The notes under the pieces: model-generated | Databases searched by the model: none | What the model was told of the DNA's origin: nothing | The model's input: only the letters and a program-made list of their open reading frames with translations | DNA from: Eledone cirrhosa | Lineage: Eukaryota | Length of the DNA stretch: 64,000 bases | Direction: 5' to 3' | NCBI GenBank assembly: GCA_964016885.1 | Contig: OZ024742.1 | Location: forward strand, 143,158,001 to 143,222,000 | Part shown: piece after piece, positions 11,314 through 26,349 of the stretch | Layout of the letters: each line of letters opens with the position of its first letter | How positions within the stretch are numbered: position 1 is the first letter of the stretch | Position numbers and translations under genes: made by a program

Positions 11314-14300
11314 ATGGCTAGTTTACGAGTTGGAAGCGTGAATGTGCGGGGCCTAGGGATGCCCTGGAAACAGGGCCAACTTTTAAACGACCTTAGGTCA
11401 CACGGTATGGATGTGATAGCCATCACCGAGTCCAGGATCCACAGCAGGCAGCAACTAACCCCCATCTTCGACGACTTTGAGATCTACGCATCTCTCTGTC
11501 AGCCAGGAGGTGGAGGGGGAGTGGCTGTCATGTTTCGGAAGAACCTGGACCTCGAAGTACAGCAAGTACACTTGGACCCGGAGGGTAGACTGGTAGTTCT
11601 AGACGTGAACAGTATTGGAAGTGGAGCCTTCAGACTGGTGGCCGTTTATGCCCCGACCGGGTAATCGCAATCACGGCCAGACTTCTTTAAGTGTCTAGAG
11701 TCTTTTCTGGGAACGTCTCGCTCCTACTCTTAGTGGGGGACTGGAATGGTATCCTAGATGCACGATGGGACTATGTGGGAGCATGTCCCAGTAGAGGGGG
11801 GTGCAACAGCCTCAAAATTTTAATCGGCCAATTCAAACTGGCCGATAGGTATCGACTGGATTTCCCGACTGCACCACAGTGGACGTGGGCAAACCGCAGC
11901 GGGATATCTAGAACGTATTTAGATAGGTTCTTCATTAGAGAAAGGGACAAGGAGATGTTAAGCTGTCCACGAATGCACATGGTTGCCTATTCAGGTCACA
12001 AATTAGTCGTCTGCATAGTCAACCGTGACAAAACACATAGACAGGGACCCGGATACTGGAAGCTGAACGTGTCGTTGCCGGCACGTAAAGCTTACAGTGA
12101 ACGGATAAGTAGACTAGTCAAGCAACAGTTAACGGGAGCCATCGTGAACAATAGATGGTGGTACTCTCTCAAGAAAGCAATTAGAGTAGAATCAATAGGG
12201 TTTAGCAGAGAGTTAGCCTTAGAGAAAAACAAAATAGAAAGAGAACTAGTAGCCAAGGTAGAGGAGGCGCCTAGAAGTGGCAACGCGGCTAGAGTGTTAG
12301 CGTCGAGAACGGCACTGGACCAGTTCTTCGATGCGAAACACGAAGGCTGCGTGGTCAGAAGCGAAACACGTGCTCTAGGAAACGAAGGAGCGAAAGCTGT
12401 CAGCTGGGCCCGAGTGGCGGAGGCAAAAAGTGGCAACAAGTCCACGATTCGGTCTTTGAAAGACCAAAACGGACGCGTGCTACTTGACCCCAAGCAAATG
12501 TGCGCGGCCTTTCAGCAGCACTTTGCGCGACTGTTTGAGCAGAACGACGGTGAGCCGAACGGGGCAATGGACTTTAGTTCATACCTGGACGGCCTGCGCG
12601 TCTCTCGAACACGGACGCCGAGTTCTGCGAAAGACCGATCACGGACACTGAAATACGGGACGCTCTGGGCCGCAAGTCACCCGGTCTAGATGGTCTACCC
12701 TATGAGTTTTACATAGGCATGCCGGACTTGTTCTCTGGCGTCACCGAAGCCGTCTACTGCAATTGGCAGCAGAACGGGAGAATTCCCAGTTCTGCAGGCA
12801 AGGGCGTAGTAACGCTTATCAGGAAAGACGAGAACACGGGGGACGAAATTAACAACTTCAGGCCCATAACTTTGCTCAACACAGAGTTATAGATTTTGGC
12901 CAAGGTGCTAGCGACGAGGTTGGCGCTTGTCGTTGGGAACCTGGTAGGGAAAGCGCAAACGTGTGCAATCCCGACCAGGTCCATACACGACAACCTCCAC
13001 CTCATGAGATACATCATAGAGAGGGTGGGTAGTAAACCCGGCTTCGGTGGGGCTCTGATAAATTTAGATCAGTCTAAGGCATTCGATAGGGTCGACCATC
13101 GATACTTGGAAGCGGTTCTCAAGGCGGCCTGTTTCGGTCTCGTTTTCAGAGGCTGGATCGAGGCGATGCACACCAGCATCTGCTCGAGGGTCAAGGTGAA
13201 CAGCTACCTATCGGAGCCGTTCGCAATCACGCGTTCCATTCGACAGGGGTGCCCTCTCTCTTCCATCCTGTATGTATTGACTCTAGAACTACTACTGCGG
13301 AAATTGGAGCTGCTGCAGGGCATCCCTCTAGAACCGGGACTGCGCAAAGCGGCGTCGGCTTATGCCGATGACGTGACAGTAATGGTATCGAGCACCTCGG
13401 AAATCGGGGTGATCGGCAACTTACTGAAAGAATACGAAACGCTGACGGGAGCAAAACTAAACCCGGACAAGTCTGTCGGTTTGCAACTCCGTATGTGGAG
13501 AGGCAAACCGATGACGGCCGACAGCATCGTTGGACGCTGGACGGACGGGCCGGTGAAATTGCTCGGGGTTTGGTTCGGTCCAGACCTCCAGTTGGAGAAA
13601 AACTGGAACGAGGTCACGGCGAAAGTATTTGCGCTCACCCAGAAGTGGCCAGAGTGCAAACTATCCTTGAAAAGTCGAGCGGAGGTGGCGAACACTTTTA
13701 TAGCGTCCGCCATCTACTACCGCTTGACCGTCGTGCCTTGTCCAGCCAAAACGCTTGCCAAAATGGAGCGCGCGCTCTTCCAATTCCTTTGGAAGAGGCG
13801 GGCTTCCTTGGTGAGAAGATCCATCTGCTGCCAACACCCTTCCAACGTAAGGCTGGGGATGCCGTGGCTGACGATGCGCAAACACGCGCTCAGGCTGCGG
13901 CATCTCTACGTATTCCTCACCGGACAACCGGTGTGGGCCTCGTTCGTGAGGCCAGCCTTCCCACGACTCGTCTCGCTGACCGAGCTGCAGTCCTGGGTCA
14001 AGCAAAGACCGAGGAAAATGGGTGACTGGCACATCGAATGTGCTCAGGCGCTCACAGCCCTCTGGCAGGCGGAACCGGCGATCAGTGGAGACTCCACTTC
14101 GTCATTCTATAGAGGGTTGATCAGCAGCAAGTGCGACGACGCGCTCGGTGAAACTCTAGGCGTAGAGGAAGATGAACTGGCCAGTCTGTTCAGTAGGACC
14201 TTCCGCTCGGGACCGATGGACAACTTCCAAAAGTCCCTGGCCTGGCAGTGCTACTGAGGAGCTCTACCAGTTCGAGACAAGCTCTACAGACATGGGCACC

Positions 14301-14743
14301 CGGGCAGGGACCCTGCAAAAAAGATCTGTCCGAGGTGCGTGCGAGACGAAGAAACCGTCGCGCACGCATTCATACACTGCCCGGGCTTCACCGACTTGTG
14401 GGGCTATGTAGAACGACTATTGTCGCGGGTGGGACCAATCCGGTTGACCACCGAGTCCATTGTCATGATCAAACCTCCACCCTCCTTCAAAAACGAAGGA
14501 GAGGCGGTTTCCCTTTGTGTGATAGCTATGGCGAAAGAGGTTGTATGGTGGACAAAGTTGAAAGAGCTGAGGTCAGACACCTTTCTCTCCGGCCAACAAC
14601 TGATTCTTTTTTTCAAATACCACTTTGGAAGAAGAATCAGGATGGAGAGAGAGGTGCTGTACCCCAGCAAGTTTTATGAAAGGTGGGTGAAAGTGGCGAG
14701 AATGGCCCGAGTGAATGGGCCTTCTCTCTATATCAGCCTGTAG
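11314..14743 (+). pseudogene. LINE ORF2 (AP endonuclease + reverse transcriptase + C-terminal zinc finger) with stops and frameshifts
   Basis: SVNVRGL, AITES, AVYAP, VGDWN, TYLDRF, GPGYWKLN, KSPGLDGLPYEFY, FRPITLLN, DQSKAFDRV, RQGCPLS, AYADD, LLGVWF, CPRC..ETVAHAFIHC. Confidence 0.93.
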
Positions 14744-14994
14744 GTTGAGGAAAAGGAGGAGGAGAGGAAAGGGGTACAAACTCTTCGTACTCCTGGAGAT
14801 GAGGGTTGCACATTTTTTCGGGGGTATGTGTTACCCATATGAACTGTCTGTCTCCTCCCATTTGTGGAAAATCGACTAATTTTTTAAATTGCATTTGTGA
14901 TAACATTTTACACGTTTTTATGGTATGTAAACTTCCCCCTTTGTATTTGTCCCCTTCTTTTGTGCCCCTGTGGCTAATAAAGAAACATATCTAT

Positions 14995-15074
<80 letters not shown>

Positions 15075-15159
15075 CTATATATCTATCAACACACATAAAC
15101 ATGCACGCACACACATACCAGCGATTTCTTTTATATATATATATAGGGATTTTTGTAAA

Positions 15160-15759
15160 TGTATATGTCTGTCTGTCTGCCAGCCTGCCTGCCTGTCTGC
15201 CTGGCTGTCTGTATGTCCGTCTGCCTGTCTGCATGTCTGTCTGTCTGTCCGTATGTCTGTCTGTCTATCTGTATGTATGTATGTCTGTCTGTCTATCTGT
15301 ATGTATGTATGTATGTATGTATGTCGGTATGTCTGTATGTATGTATGTCTGTCTGTATGTATGTATGTATGTCTGTCTGTCTGTCTGTATGTCTGTATGT
15401 CTGTCTGTATGTATGTATGTATGCATGTATGTATGTATGTATGTATGTCTGTCTGTCTGTCTGTATGTCTGTATGTCTGTCTGTATGTATGTATGTATGC
15501 ATGTATGTATGTATGTATGTATGTCTGTATGTATGTCGGTATGTCTGTATGTCTGTATGTATGTATGTATGTATGTATGTATGTATGTATGTCTATCTGT
15601 ATGTATGTATGTATGTCTGTATGTATGTATGTCTGTATGTATGTATGTATGTATGTATGTATGTCTGTATGTCTGTATGTATGTATGTATGTATGTATGT
15701 ATGTATGTATGTATGTATGTCGGTATGTCTGTATGTATGTATGTATGTATGTATGTATG

Positions 15760-15793
<34 letters not shown>

Positions 15794-15871
15794 TGTATGT
15801 ATGTCTATCTGTATGTATGTATGTGTGTATGTATGTATGTATGTCGGTATGTCTGTATGTATGTATGTATG

Positions 15872-15905
<34 letters not shown>

Positions 15906-16420
15906 TGTATGTATGTATGTATGTATGTATGTATGTATGTCGGTATGTCTGTATGTCGGTATGTCTGTCTGTATGTATGTATGTATGTATGTATGTATGT
16001 ATGTATGTATGTATGTATGTCTGTCTGTCTATTTGTATGTATGTCTGTATGTATGTATGTATGTATGTCTGTCTGTCTGTATGTATGTATGTATGTCTGT
16101 ATGTATGTATGTATGTATGTATGTATGTATGTATGTATGTATGTATGTATGTATGTATGTATGTATGTCTGTCTGTCTATTTGTATGTATGTATGTCTGT
16201 ATGTATGTATGTCTGTATGTATGTATGTATGTATGTATGTATGTATGTATGTATGTATGTCTGTCTGTATGTATGTATGTATGTATGTATGTATGTATGT
16301 ATGTCTGTCTATCTGTATGTATGTATGTATGTATGTATGTATGTATGTATGTATGTATGTATGTATGTATGTATGTATTTATATTATGTATGTATGTATG
16401 TATGTCTGTATGTATGTGCG
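15160..16420. repeat. (TATG/TCTG)n tetranucleotide microsatellite
   Basis: Directly visible. Confidence 0.98.
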
Positions 16421-16594
16421 CTACATACATAAGTATAAGCTATACATGTAAAGATAGATACACAGAACGGGAAAACAGGACAAGATATATATTCTCCGGA
16501 TGTCATGCGCTCGGGAATTAACGATGTAGAAAATGATGAAAATTAAATTCTAAGCCAACTGTACTGTAGCTGTCGTCTGCTAGCTACTATAGGC

Positions 16595-17216
<622 letters not shown>

Positions 17217-17554
17217 ACCAGGATAACTGTTCCCTACAACTTCCGGATTTCAACTATCCCGGAAAATTTATTCTTTAAGAGAAGATTAATAAAAGATGCC
17301 ACAAGGCCGTACAACTAAAAGGTTCTCCGTCACTCTCAACGACGAGTCTCCAGTTGTTCTATCAGCTGAATTCTCGTACGTGACATTAACGTGTAAGTGG
17401 TTGAGTATTCCGCTAACAGGCATGGCTATATTAATCCGGTAGCCGAGCTCCTAGACTTTCAGGTATTTACGGCACTACAATCTTTTACCCCCACATAACA
17501 GCAATAAAAAAAACAAAACCTCCACAAAAAACAAAAACAAAATAAAAATGTCTG

Positions 17555-18055
17555 ATGGGTCCCTAGAGAAAGAGTTGACACCAGTACTGAGGTGAAAGGC
17601 TAAGTTGATTTCGGAGGGATTTGAACTCAGGGTGTTGAAAGTTGGAACGAATACCGCAAGGCGTTCTGTCAGATGCTCTGGCGTAGGCATGTCAAACAAG
17701 CGGCCCGCGGGCCGAATGCGACCCTTTACAAGCACACCTGTGACCCGCACAAAGGTTTTTTACAGCTCGAGTATGTTTTATCTTCATAAAATTAATTGTA
17801 ATGGGCGCAATTAGTTGTCGTACGTGGCCCTCAGACAACACAGATGTGACCCACGTGACCCACGGGGGACCCACAGTCCGGCATCTCTGTCAATTCAAGA
17901 TGGGTCACTAGAGAAAGAGTTGACGCCAGTACAGTACTGAGGTGAAAGAGCAAGTTGATTTCGGCGGGGTTTGAACTCAGAGTGAAGATAGTTGGAACGA
18001 ATACCGCAAGGCGTTCTGTCAGACGCTCTAGCGTCTTTGTTAATTCGACGCCTTT
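17555..18055 (-). mobile_element. Two tRNA-derived SINE copies separated by an hAT/Charlie-like MITE fragment (~17684-17890)
   Basis: Repeated GAGAAAGAGTTGAC..GGTGAAAG..GATTTGAACTCAG..GAATACCGCAAGGCG blocks; between them AGGCATGTCAAAC..GGCCCGCGGGCCG, typical of hAT-Charlie ends. Confidence 0.55.
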
Positions 18056-19554
18056 GGCATAGCTATAAAGGAAATGAATAGTAATAAAACGACTCAATGT
18101 TTTATTTTCATAAAGAGAAATAAAATAACAGAAATACAGCTATAACTATAGAAGAGACAATAAATGCTAATTAATTTAATTAATATTTAATTAGTGTTTC
18201 ATTTTCTCCTCTATACTTGTACCTGTGTTAATGTTATATTATGTTAATTCTCTTTATTAAAATAAAACAGTAATTTTAAATAAACAAGTAATTTTATTTG
18301 TATTTATTTCCTCTAAAGTTGTACCGTGTTATGCTATCTTAATCTTCTTTTAATGAGGGCAATTGTGCACAGTGGAGAGTGGGGAGTTGTGCTAGAGGCG
18401 ACGAATTGGTAGACTCATTAGAGCGCATGATAAAATACATTGCATTGTTCTGGCTCTTTGAGCTCTGAGATCAAATCCTTCCGGGGTCAACTTTATTTTT
18501 TTAATCTTTAGGGGTCTATAAATTATAGTAGCTGTCCGGGGAGATGGATGAAAGAATAGTAAGGGTGAACATATTTATTCAACAAATTTCAATTAAATTA
18601 TATAATGTTTGCAATAAAAAATAAAAACAAAAATTAAATTTAAATGGCCAAAGTAAAAAGAAGCGTGGGGGAGGGCTCTACAATTCAGTCTAGGCGGTCT
18701 ATCTAAATTGCACACCACTAGAGTGTGAAACAAAATGCCTTGTAGTATCTGTTCCGGCTCTTTGCGTTCTGAGTTACTGGATGGTAGATTTAAGCTATCG
18801 CCCGGTTTAACTCCACCACCTTGTCCTTGTGTGTCTTTAGAGAAGTCCACTCTTTTGCAAGCATTTGAGAACTGTCTCTAGCTTAGGGCTAACTCCTTCC
18901 TTTCCTTCCATCATTCTCCGAGTTCCTGAAATAGTAAAGTGTCGTGGACGTTGACTTACTCGCTCAGATTAAATGGTAAAAAAAAAAAATTTCTATTTTG
19001 CTAACACGCTTTAAGAAAGTGTGAATGGTTATATTTCATGTTATCACAACGGCCGTAACTCTAAAATTTCATGTAAGGTTTAAGGTTCATAGAGACATAA
19101 CTCTAAGGTTCCATGTCTAAATAGGTAACATTCTTTATTGGTATCTAAACCTAAATAGAAAGACAGGAATATAACGATGGGTAGTAGGAGAATAACGTTG
19201 TTATTGTAATGTTGACAACTCTGATCTATGACCAAAGGTATTCAACTTGTGACAATTAACACCCGTTTAAAGTTATGTAGGACTACATTATCTAAAGTGT
19301 TCTTCGTAGGCTTAAAGACAATATGGAGTGTGGTTGGAGGGACATTTGTTAGCTGTTTCTAGCAGGACAACTTATTAAATAGAAGCTCACTTGTTGACTC
19401 GAGGAAGATACCATCTGCCAGTCTGATGAGCATTGGTAACTTTAGTGAAATGAAGTGCGTTTCGATGGAGAATTGGTATAACTTAATCTGTTTGTAAAAA
19501 GAGAGACATAGTAAACTGAATCAACCCCGGTAAACTGAATCAATCCCGGTACAA

Positions 19555-21850
19555 GTCCTTATACACGTGTCCTAGTACAGAACTGTCCCAGTACACAACT
19601 GTCCTAGTACACAACTGTCCTAGTACATAACTGTCCTAGTGCATAACTGTCCTAGTACACAACTGTCCTAATACATGTGTCCTAATACATGTATCCTAGT
19701 ACACAACTGTCCTAGTACATAACTGTCCTAGTACTTAACTGTTCTAGTACATAACTGTCCTAGTACTTAACTGTCCTAGTACATAACTGTCCTAGTACAC
19801 AACTGTCCTAATACATGTGTCAAGAGTACACAACTGTCCTAATACAAGTGTCCTAGTACACAACTGTCCTAATACATGTGTCCTAGTACAGAACTATCCT
19901 AGTACACAACTGTCCTAGTAGACATTTGTCCTAGTACACAAGTGTCCTAGTACATAACTGTTCCAGTACACAACTGTCCTAGTACATAACTGTCCCAGTA
20001 TACAAATGTCCTAGTACACAACTGTCCTAGTGCACAACTGTCCTAGTACATGTGTCCTAGTAGATAACTGTCCAAATACATGTGTCCCAGTACACAACTG
20101 TTCTAGTACATAATTGTCCTACTACATAACTGTCCTATTACACAACTGTCCTAATACATGTGTCCTAGTACACAACTGTCATAGTACACAACTGTCCTAG
20201 TACAGGTGTCCTAGTACATAACTCTCCTAGTACATAACTGTCCTAGTACATGCGTCCTGGTACATAACTGTCTCAGTACACAACTGCCCTAGTACATAAC
20301 TCTCCTAGTACACAACTGTCCTTGTACATAACTGTCCTTGTACACAACTGTCCTAGTACACAACTATCCTAGTACACAACTGTCCTAGTACACAAGTGTC
20401 CTAGTGCACAACTGTCCTAATACATGTGTCATAGTACACAGCTGTCCTAATACATGTGTCCTAGTACACAACTGTCCTAATACAATTGTCCTAATACACA
20501 ACTGTCGTAATACATGTGTCCTAATACATAACTGTCCTAGTACACAACTGTCTTAGTACACAACTGTCCTAATACATGTGTCCTAGTAAATAACTGTCCT
20601 AATACATAACTGTCCTAGTACACAACTGTCCTAGTACATAACTGTCCTAATACATAAATGAATAGTTCACAACTTCTTAGTACACAACTGTCCTAGTGCA
20701 CAACTGTCCTAGTACATGTGTCCTAGTAGATAACTGTCCAAATACATGTGTCCCAGTACACAACTGTTCTAGTACATAATTGTCCTACTACATAACTGTC
20801 CTATTACACAACTGTCCTAATACATGTGTCCTAGTACACAACTGTCATAGTACACAACTGTCCTAGTACATGTGTCCTAGTACATAACTCTCCTAGTACA
20901 TAACTCTCCTAGTACATAACTGTCCTAGTACATGCGTCCTGGTACATAACTGTCTCAGTACACAACTGCCCTAGTACATAACTCTCCTAGTACACAACTG
21001 TCCTTGTACATAACTGTCCTTGTACACAACTGTCCTAGTACACAACTATCCTAGTACACAACTGTCCTAGTACACAAGTGTCCTAGTGCACAACTGTCCT
21101 AATACATGTGTCATAGTACACAGCTGTCCTAATACATGTGTCCTAGTACACAACTGTCCTAATACAATTGTCCTAATACACAACTGTCGTAATACATGTG
21201 TCCTAATACATAACTGTCCTAGTACACAACTGTCTTAGTACACAACTGTCCTAATACATGTGTCCTAGTAAATAACTGTCCTAATACATAACTGTCCTAG
21301 TACACAACTGTCCTAGTACATAACTGTCCTAATACATAAATGAATAGTTCACAACTTCATAGTACACAACTGCCCTAGTACATAACTGTCCTAGTACATA
21401 ACTGTCCTAGTACACAACTGTCCTAGTACACCACTGTCCTAGTACATAACTGTCTTAGTAATAACTGTCCTAGTACACAACTGTCCTAATACATGTGTCC
21501 TAATACATAACTGTGCTAGTACACAACTGTCCTAATGCATGACTGTCCTAGTAATAACTGTCCTACTACACAACTGTCCTAGTACATAACTGTCTTAGTG
21601 CACAACTGTCCTAGTACATGTGTCCTAGTAGATAACTGTCCAAATACATGTGTCCTAGTACACAACTGTCCTAATACATGTGTCCTAGTATACAACTGTT
21701 CTAGTACACAACTGTCCTAGTACACTACTGTCCTAATACATGTGTTTTAGTACACAACTGTCCTAGTAATAACTGTCCTAGTACATAACTGTCCTAGTAC
21801 ACAACTGTCCTAGTACACAACTGTCCTAATACATGTGTCCTAGTACATAT
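19555..21850. repeat. Minisatellite of 14-16 bp units (TCCTAGTACACAACTG / TCCTAATACATGTG) with a higher-order duplication
   Basis: Directly visible; rare marker AATAGTTC occurs at 20661 and 21343. Confidence 0.95.
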
Positions 21851-21979
21851 CTACTGTTAAATCATGAAAATGCAAGACAATTCTCAAATATAAACCTAAT
21901 TATGTAGATAAATATAGACTCAATGAAAATCTATATTTCAAATCAAAACAAATCGTCGTTAAACATTGTCATCAACGAC

Positions 21980-22482
21980 AATATATGTAGCAGAACAGAT
22001 AGTAAAGTATTTGTGTGTATATGAGGTAGAAAAGTGATAAGGCACTCGTGTGATATGTGTGGTAGAACTGTTGTAGTAATGTACCTGTGTGATATATGTG
22101 ATAAAACTGTTGTAGTAAGGCATGTGTGTGGTATGTGTGGTAGAACTGTTGTAGTAAGATATCTGTGATATGTGTGGTAGAACTGAAGTAGTAAGATATT
22201 TGTGTGATACGTGTGATAAAAATGCTGTATTATGGTACCCGTGTGCTATTTGTGGTAGAACTGTAGTAGTAAAGTCCCAGAGATATATATGTGTTAGAAC
22301 TGTGGTAGTAAGGTACCAGAGATATATGTGGTAGAACTGTGGGTTAAGGTACCAGTGGGTCAATGTGTGGTAGAACTGTAGTAAAGTTCCACTAATATAT
22401 TTGGTAGGACTGTTAGTAAGGTACCAGTGCTATATGTGTGTGTGGTAGAACAGTGCGAATGTACCAGTGTGATATTTGTGGG
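21980..22482. repeat. Degenerate ~37-39 bp minisatellite (GTGTGGTAGAACTGT..GTAAGGTACC..GATAT)
   Basis: About a dozen imperfect units visible. Confidence 0.85.
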
Positions 22483-23261
22483 TCCAATGCAAAGCAAAGT
22501 GTATTTGGCATTCCTGCCCGGTTTGAATTTCCAACTATCAACATTTTACATGACTTATAACATTAACAGGAAGTAGAGTGGATGAGATGACCGAGAAAGG
22601 AGAACGGTTTATTTTTGTTCTCATTAACGATTTCAATAATTCTATAAAGATCGACTTTGCCTTTCTTCTTTAATGCATCGCCAAAATGAATAGAACTGGT
22701 AATGTGGAGTCTATTCAATAGACTATTAATGGATAAGAAAATAAACAGTAGTTTTACACATAACCCAACCTGATTTTTATATGGTGATTCAAAGATGAAA
22801 TATACTGAAATTAATTCTCATTGTCTTGACTTAGAATGCCTGAATTCAACTCTGTAAACTAACAACGTATCATCAATTCTACCACACAATCGCTTGATCA
22901 TTTTTAAATAGAATATTTAGAAGAGAAAAGAAAGAACCCATGTCATTTTTCGTAGCTTCCGAAATTGTTTTCATGTCGTAGCCCTAGCCAGAATATTTGC
23001 AACAGAATAGACACCATTAAAATATTTAAAAAAAAGTAGGTAGTGATGTTAAACTAGGTAAACAGTCCCTCTGCCAAACATTTACCCAGTTTCAGTTCAC
23101 CAAGTTAAACTCACAGGGCTCTGGTCGACCCGAGACTTTGGAAGAAGACCCTTGATCAAAGTTCCACGCAGTGCCAAGACCATATAATTGGGAAGCAAAC
23201 TTCTTAAACATACAGCATGGTCTGATAGAAATAGTAATCAAATATCCATCAAATTACCTTC

Positions 23262-23344
23262 TATTGGATCGTCAAGTATGAAATTTGTAGAAATTTGTAG
23301 AAAAAAAACAAATTTCTACAAATTTCATACTTGACGACCCAATA
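23262..23344. repeat. Near-perfect palindrome, ~37-bp arms
   Basis: TATTGGATCGTCAAGTATGAAATTTGTAGAAATTTGT / ACAAATTTCTACAAATTTCATACTTGACGACCCAATA. Confidence 0.92.
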
Positions 23345-23899
23345 CTAAAAAAAAAAAAAAAATCACTTTAAATAATTAGAAGATTCTCTATAATAATATT
23401 ACGTATATACCTATATACATACGTGGTTATGAACAATATAAAAGTGATCGTTTAACATTGCTATTCATTTGTTTCGATTTTCCATTTTCGGTAAGTTGGA
23501 CATCTAAAATACGGAATGGTAACCGCTGGAATGCTTTTGATTGTAGGTCTCCTTGTTAAAGGCTGATACGAGACTCAGCAACAATTTGCCCAGAACTTGA
23601 TAAATGAGGCTCTTAGCAGTAGCTATAGTAATCAATGGATATAATCTGATTAACTACTGACTTGGCCAAACTTGATCTTTTCGGTTAAAATACCACCTCA
23701 ACTGTGGCCAGAAAATTTTACAGAAAAACATAACTAGATTGGATGTGGAATAGAGGCTGCTATACTACACCGTATATAGTTCATCTCAGCATGACGAGAT
23801 GTGCAGTGTAGCTCTTTGTTAGGTGGAGAGATAGTATAATTGAGAAGATGGACCCATGGGTCATGTATTATTGTTCGGCTACTTACCTGCTTGTGAAAT

Positions 23900-24230
23900 C
23901 GCATGGCTTAGTGGTTAGAGCATTGGGCTTGCAATTAAAAGGCTGTGAGTTCTATTCTAGGACCGGGTGATGCGTTATGTCCTTGAGCAAGACGCTTTAT
24001 TTCACATTGGTCCAGTTTACTCAGCTGTGCAAATGAGTTGCGACATCACTGGTGCCAAGCTGTATCGGCCATAGCCTTTCCCTTGGACAACATCGGTGGC
24101 ATGGAGAGAGGAGACTGATATGTATGGGCGACTGCTGGTCTCCCTCAAACAACCTTGTCCTGACTTGTGTTTCAGAGAGAAGCTTTCTGGGTGCAAATCA
24201 TATGGTCATTCGTGATCGAAGGGGGTCTTC
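23900..24230 (+). mobile_element. tRNA-derived SINE with TCCTTGAGCAAG core
   Basis: A-box TGGCTTAGTGG, B-box-like GAGTTCTATTC, then GTCCTTGAGCAAGACGCTTTAT..TTTACTCAGCTG. Confidence 0.65.
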
Positions 24231-26349
24231 GACTTACCTGCTTACCAAATAGCTGCTCGGATAGAGCTGTTGTAGAGCAACGCAACAGCAAAAAGAAGCG
24301 TGCTGGAACCTCTGTGTGGTTGCCCGACCTAAAGAAATAGTAATCAAATCTTCCTCAAATCACACCCCAACGCCATATATATATAAAAAAAAAGACATGT
24401 TAGATAATGTAGTCCTAGATATGATTTGCTTGATAAAAGATGCTATGTTGAATCGATCAGACCTTGGCTAACCACGACGACGACGACGACGACCACCACC
24501 ACCACCACCACCACCAACACCAATAACAGCAGCAGAAACAGCATCACCACCAACAACAGCAGCAACAGCATAAACAACATAAACATTTATTACTGACATT
24601 CTAACAATTCATCCATCTGGAATTGCGAAGCCAACCTCTAATAAAGTCCTCTTTTTCTCTCTCTACATGAAGCATTCCTGCTTTACGACCTAAATTTGTT
24701 GAATAAAACAACAACCACCGAAATTGCATTGATATCTTTGTAGAAAGAGAGAGAAATCAAATTATTTCTAGTAAATTTAATTTATTTATCTTTACTTTAT
24801 ATTATTTAACTAATGTTTGTTTCTTAAGAGAATAAATAAATCTTTGTTTCTTAATGTCGCTATAACTTTTTTCTGAATTGTTTTCATTCCTTTGTGATGA
24901 TATTTCAAACAATCTCTTGAATTAACTGTTTGATTCCTTGCTTCTCCATATATATTACCAGTTCTGATGTTCAGCAAATTCCAGCGGTTGATGTACAATT
25001 CCTAATTACAGTGGGCCAACATAGACGTAGCTGCAGCTACAACCAACTGGCTGAAGTCAGTAAAAACGAAATAAAAAGTACCGTGAAAGAGTAAATACGA
25101 GTGAATGTGAAGAAAACTTTACAGTAGTTTATCAAGATTTTAAACTATGACACAAATATCCAGAACAAATAATAATAAAAAAATCAAAATAAAATATCAA
25201 ACGTAACAGCAATTTTCTCTAATTATTTATTACAATCATCCTAAAATTACATCTTAATTTTTCCTGCAATTATTAAACGGATGGTCCGCAGACATCGTGA
25301 ATGGAATGGCAACAACAACAACAACAACACCAGCATCAAAACAACAATAACTAAATAAAGAGATTGAAAATAAGCGACAGTTATGTGAACAACGTTTAAA
25401 TGAAATCAAAACTAAAACAAACTGAACTAGAAAACGAGAAGTGTCAGTGGTGGGTGAAGGAGAGAAAAAACAAGAGAGAGGACGAGAGAGAAAGCAAGAA
25501 AGAAAGAACGTGAAAGAAAGAGAGTGATAGATAGAAACAGATGGTGTGAGGGAAAGACAGGCAGATAGATAGTGTGTGTGTGTCTGTATGTGTATGTGTG
25601 TGTCTGTATGTGTATGTGAGTGTTTGTGCGTGTTGTATGGCGGAGAAGGTTCCCAAATATCACGAGATTTATTTTTCTCTGGCATTAAATTTATTTTTCA
25701 AAACACCTTAAAGTACCAATGCTAACTGAGAAATACATGTTTAACCCGATGTCATTAACCCGCGGTCGTTAAAAGATAGAGGGACTCATTCGTAGATAAT
25801 TTACTATTTAGTTGCACTAATTAAAACACAATTATACTAGAGGACAGAAACCACATTTTATATCCTTTACTGTTTTAATCTAAACCTGTGACGGAAGAAG
25901 AATCAACTCTTGCCTCGCTAACTTGATAAAAGCCAAGTTCATAATTTTTATTTTTATTTTTTATGGCTTAGTCAGAAAAAGAAATGGCAGCTTCTTGCAG
26001 GGCCTCTTGCAGGGCCTCTGTGATGGGGTGGGAAAAAGGGAAACAGAAACTACGATTGATGGGTTGGTGCAATAGGAAGCAACAGATCACAAATGATCCG
26101 AATGGTTGCAATGGTAGCCAAAAACTAGGACGTGCTGTTAAACAGGGTGACATATTATGTCCTGATTCAAGAACATATACAGTTCGATGGGCTTTCGCAC
26201 AGTTTCCATCTATTTAGTTTCACCCATAAGGATTTGACCGATTTGATGCTATGGTATAAGACACTTAATAGAAGTTCTGCACTGTCGGCTGGAACTTGCC
26301 AAAAATCTCTCCCTCTTTCTCAATGTCTTTACTTCGTGTTACAAGGGCC

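Larger units (their letters stand above)
9990..14990 (+). mobile_element. L1-superfamily (Tx1-like) non-LTR retrotransposon, decayed
   Basis: ORF1 remnant with CCHC knuckle followed by an APE-RT-zinc finger ORF2, then AATAAA at ~14976 before (CT)n. Confidence 0.88.

Noticed and set aside
19412-19470. CTGATGA..GAAA hammerhead-like spacing
   Set aside because: Helix II is mostly G.U pairs and no convincing helix I or III could be formed.
19555-21850. CRISPR-like or coding repeat
   Set aside because: Contiguous 14-16 bp units without spacers, rich in stop codons.
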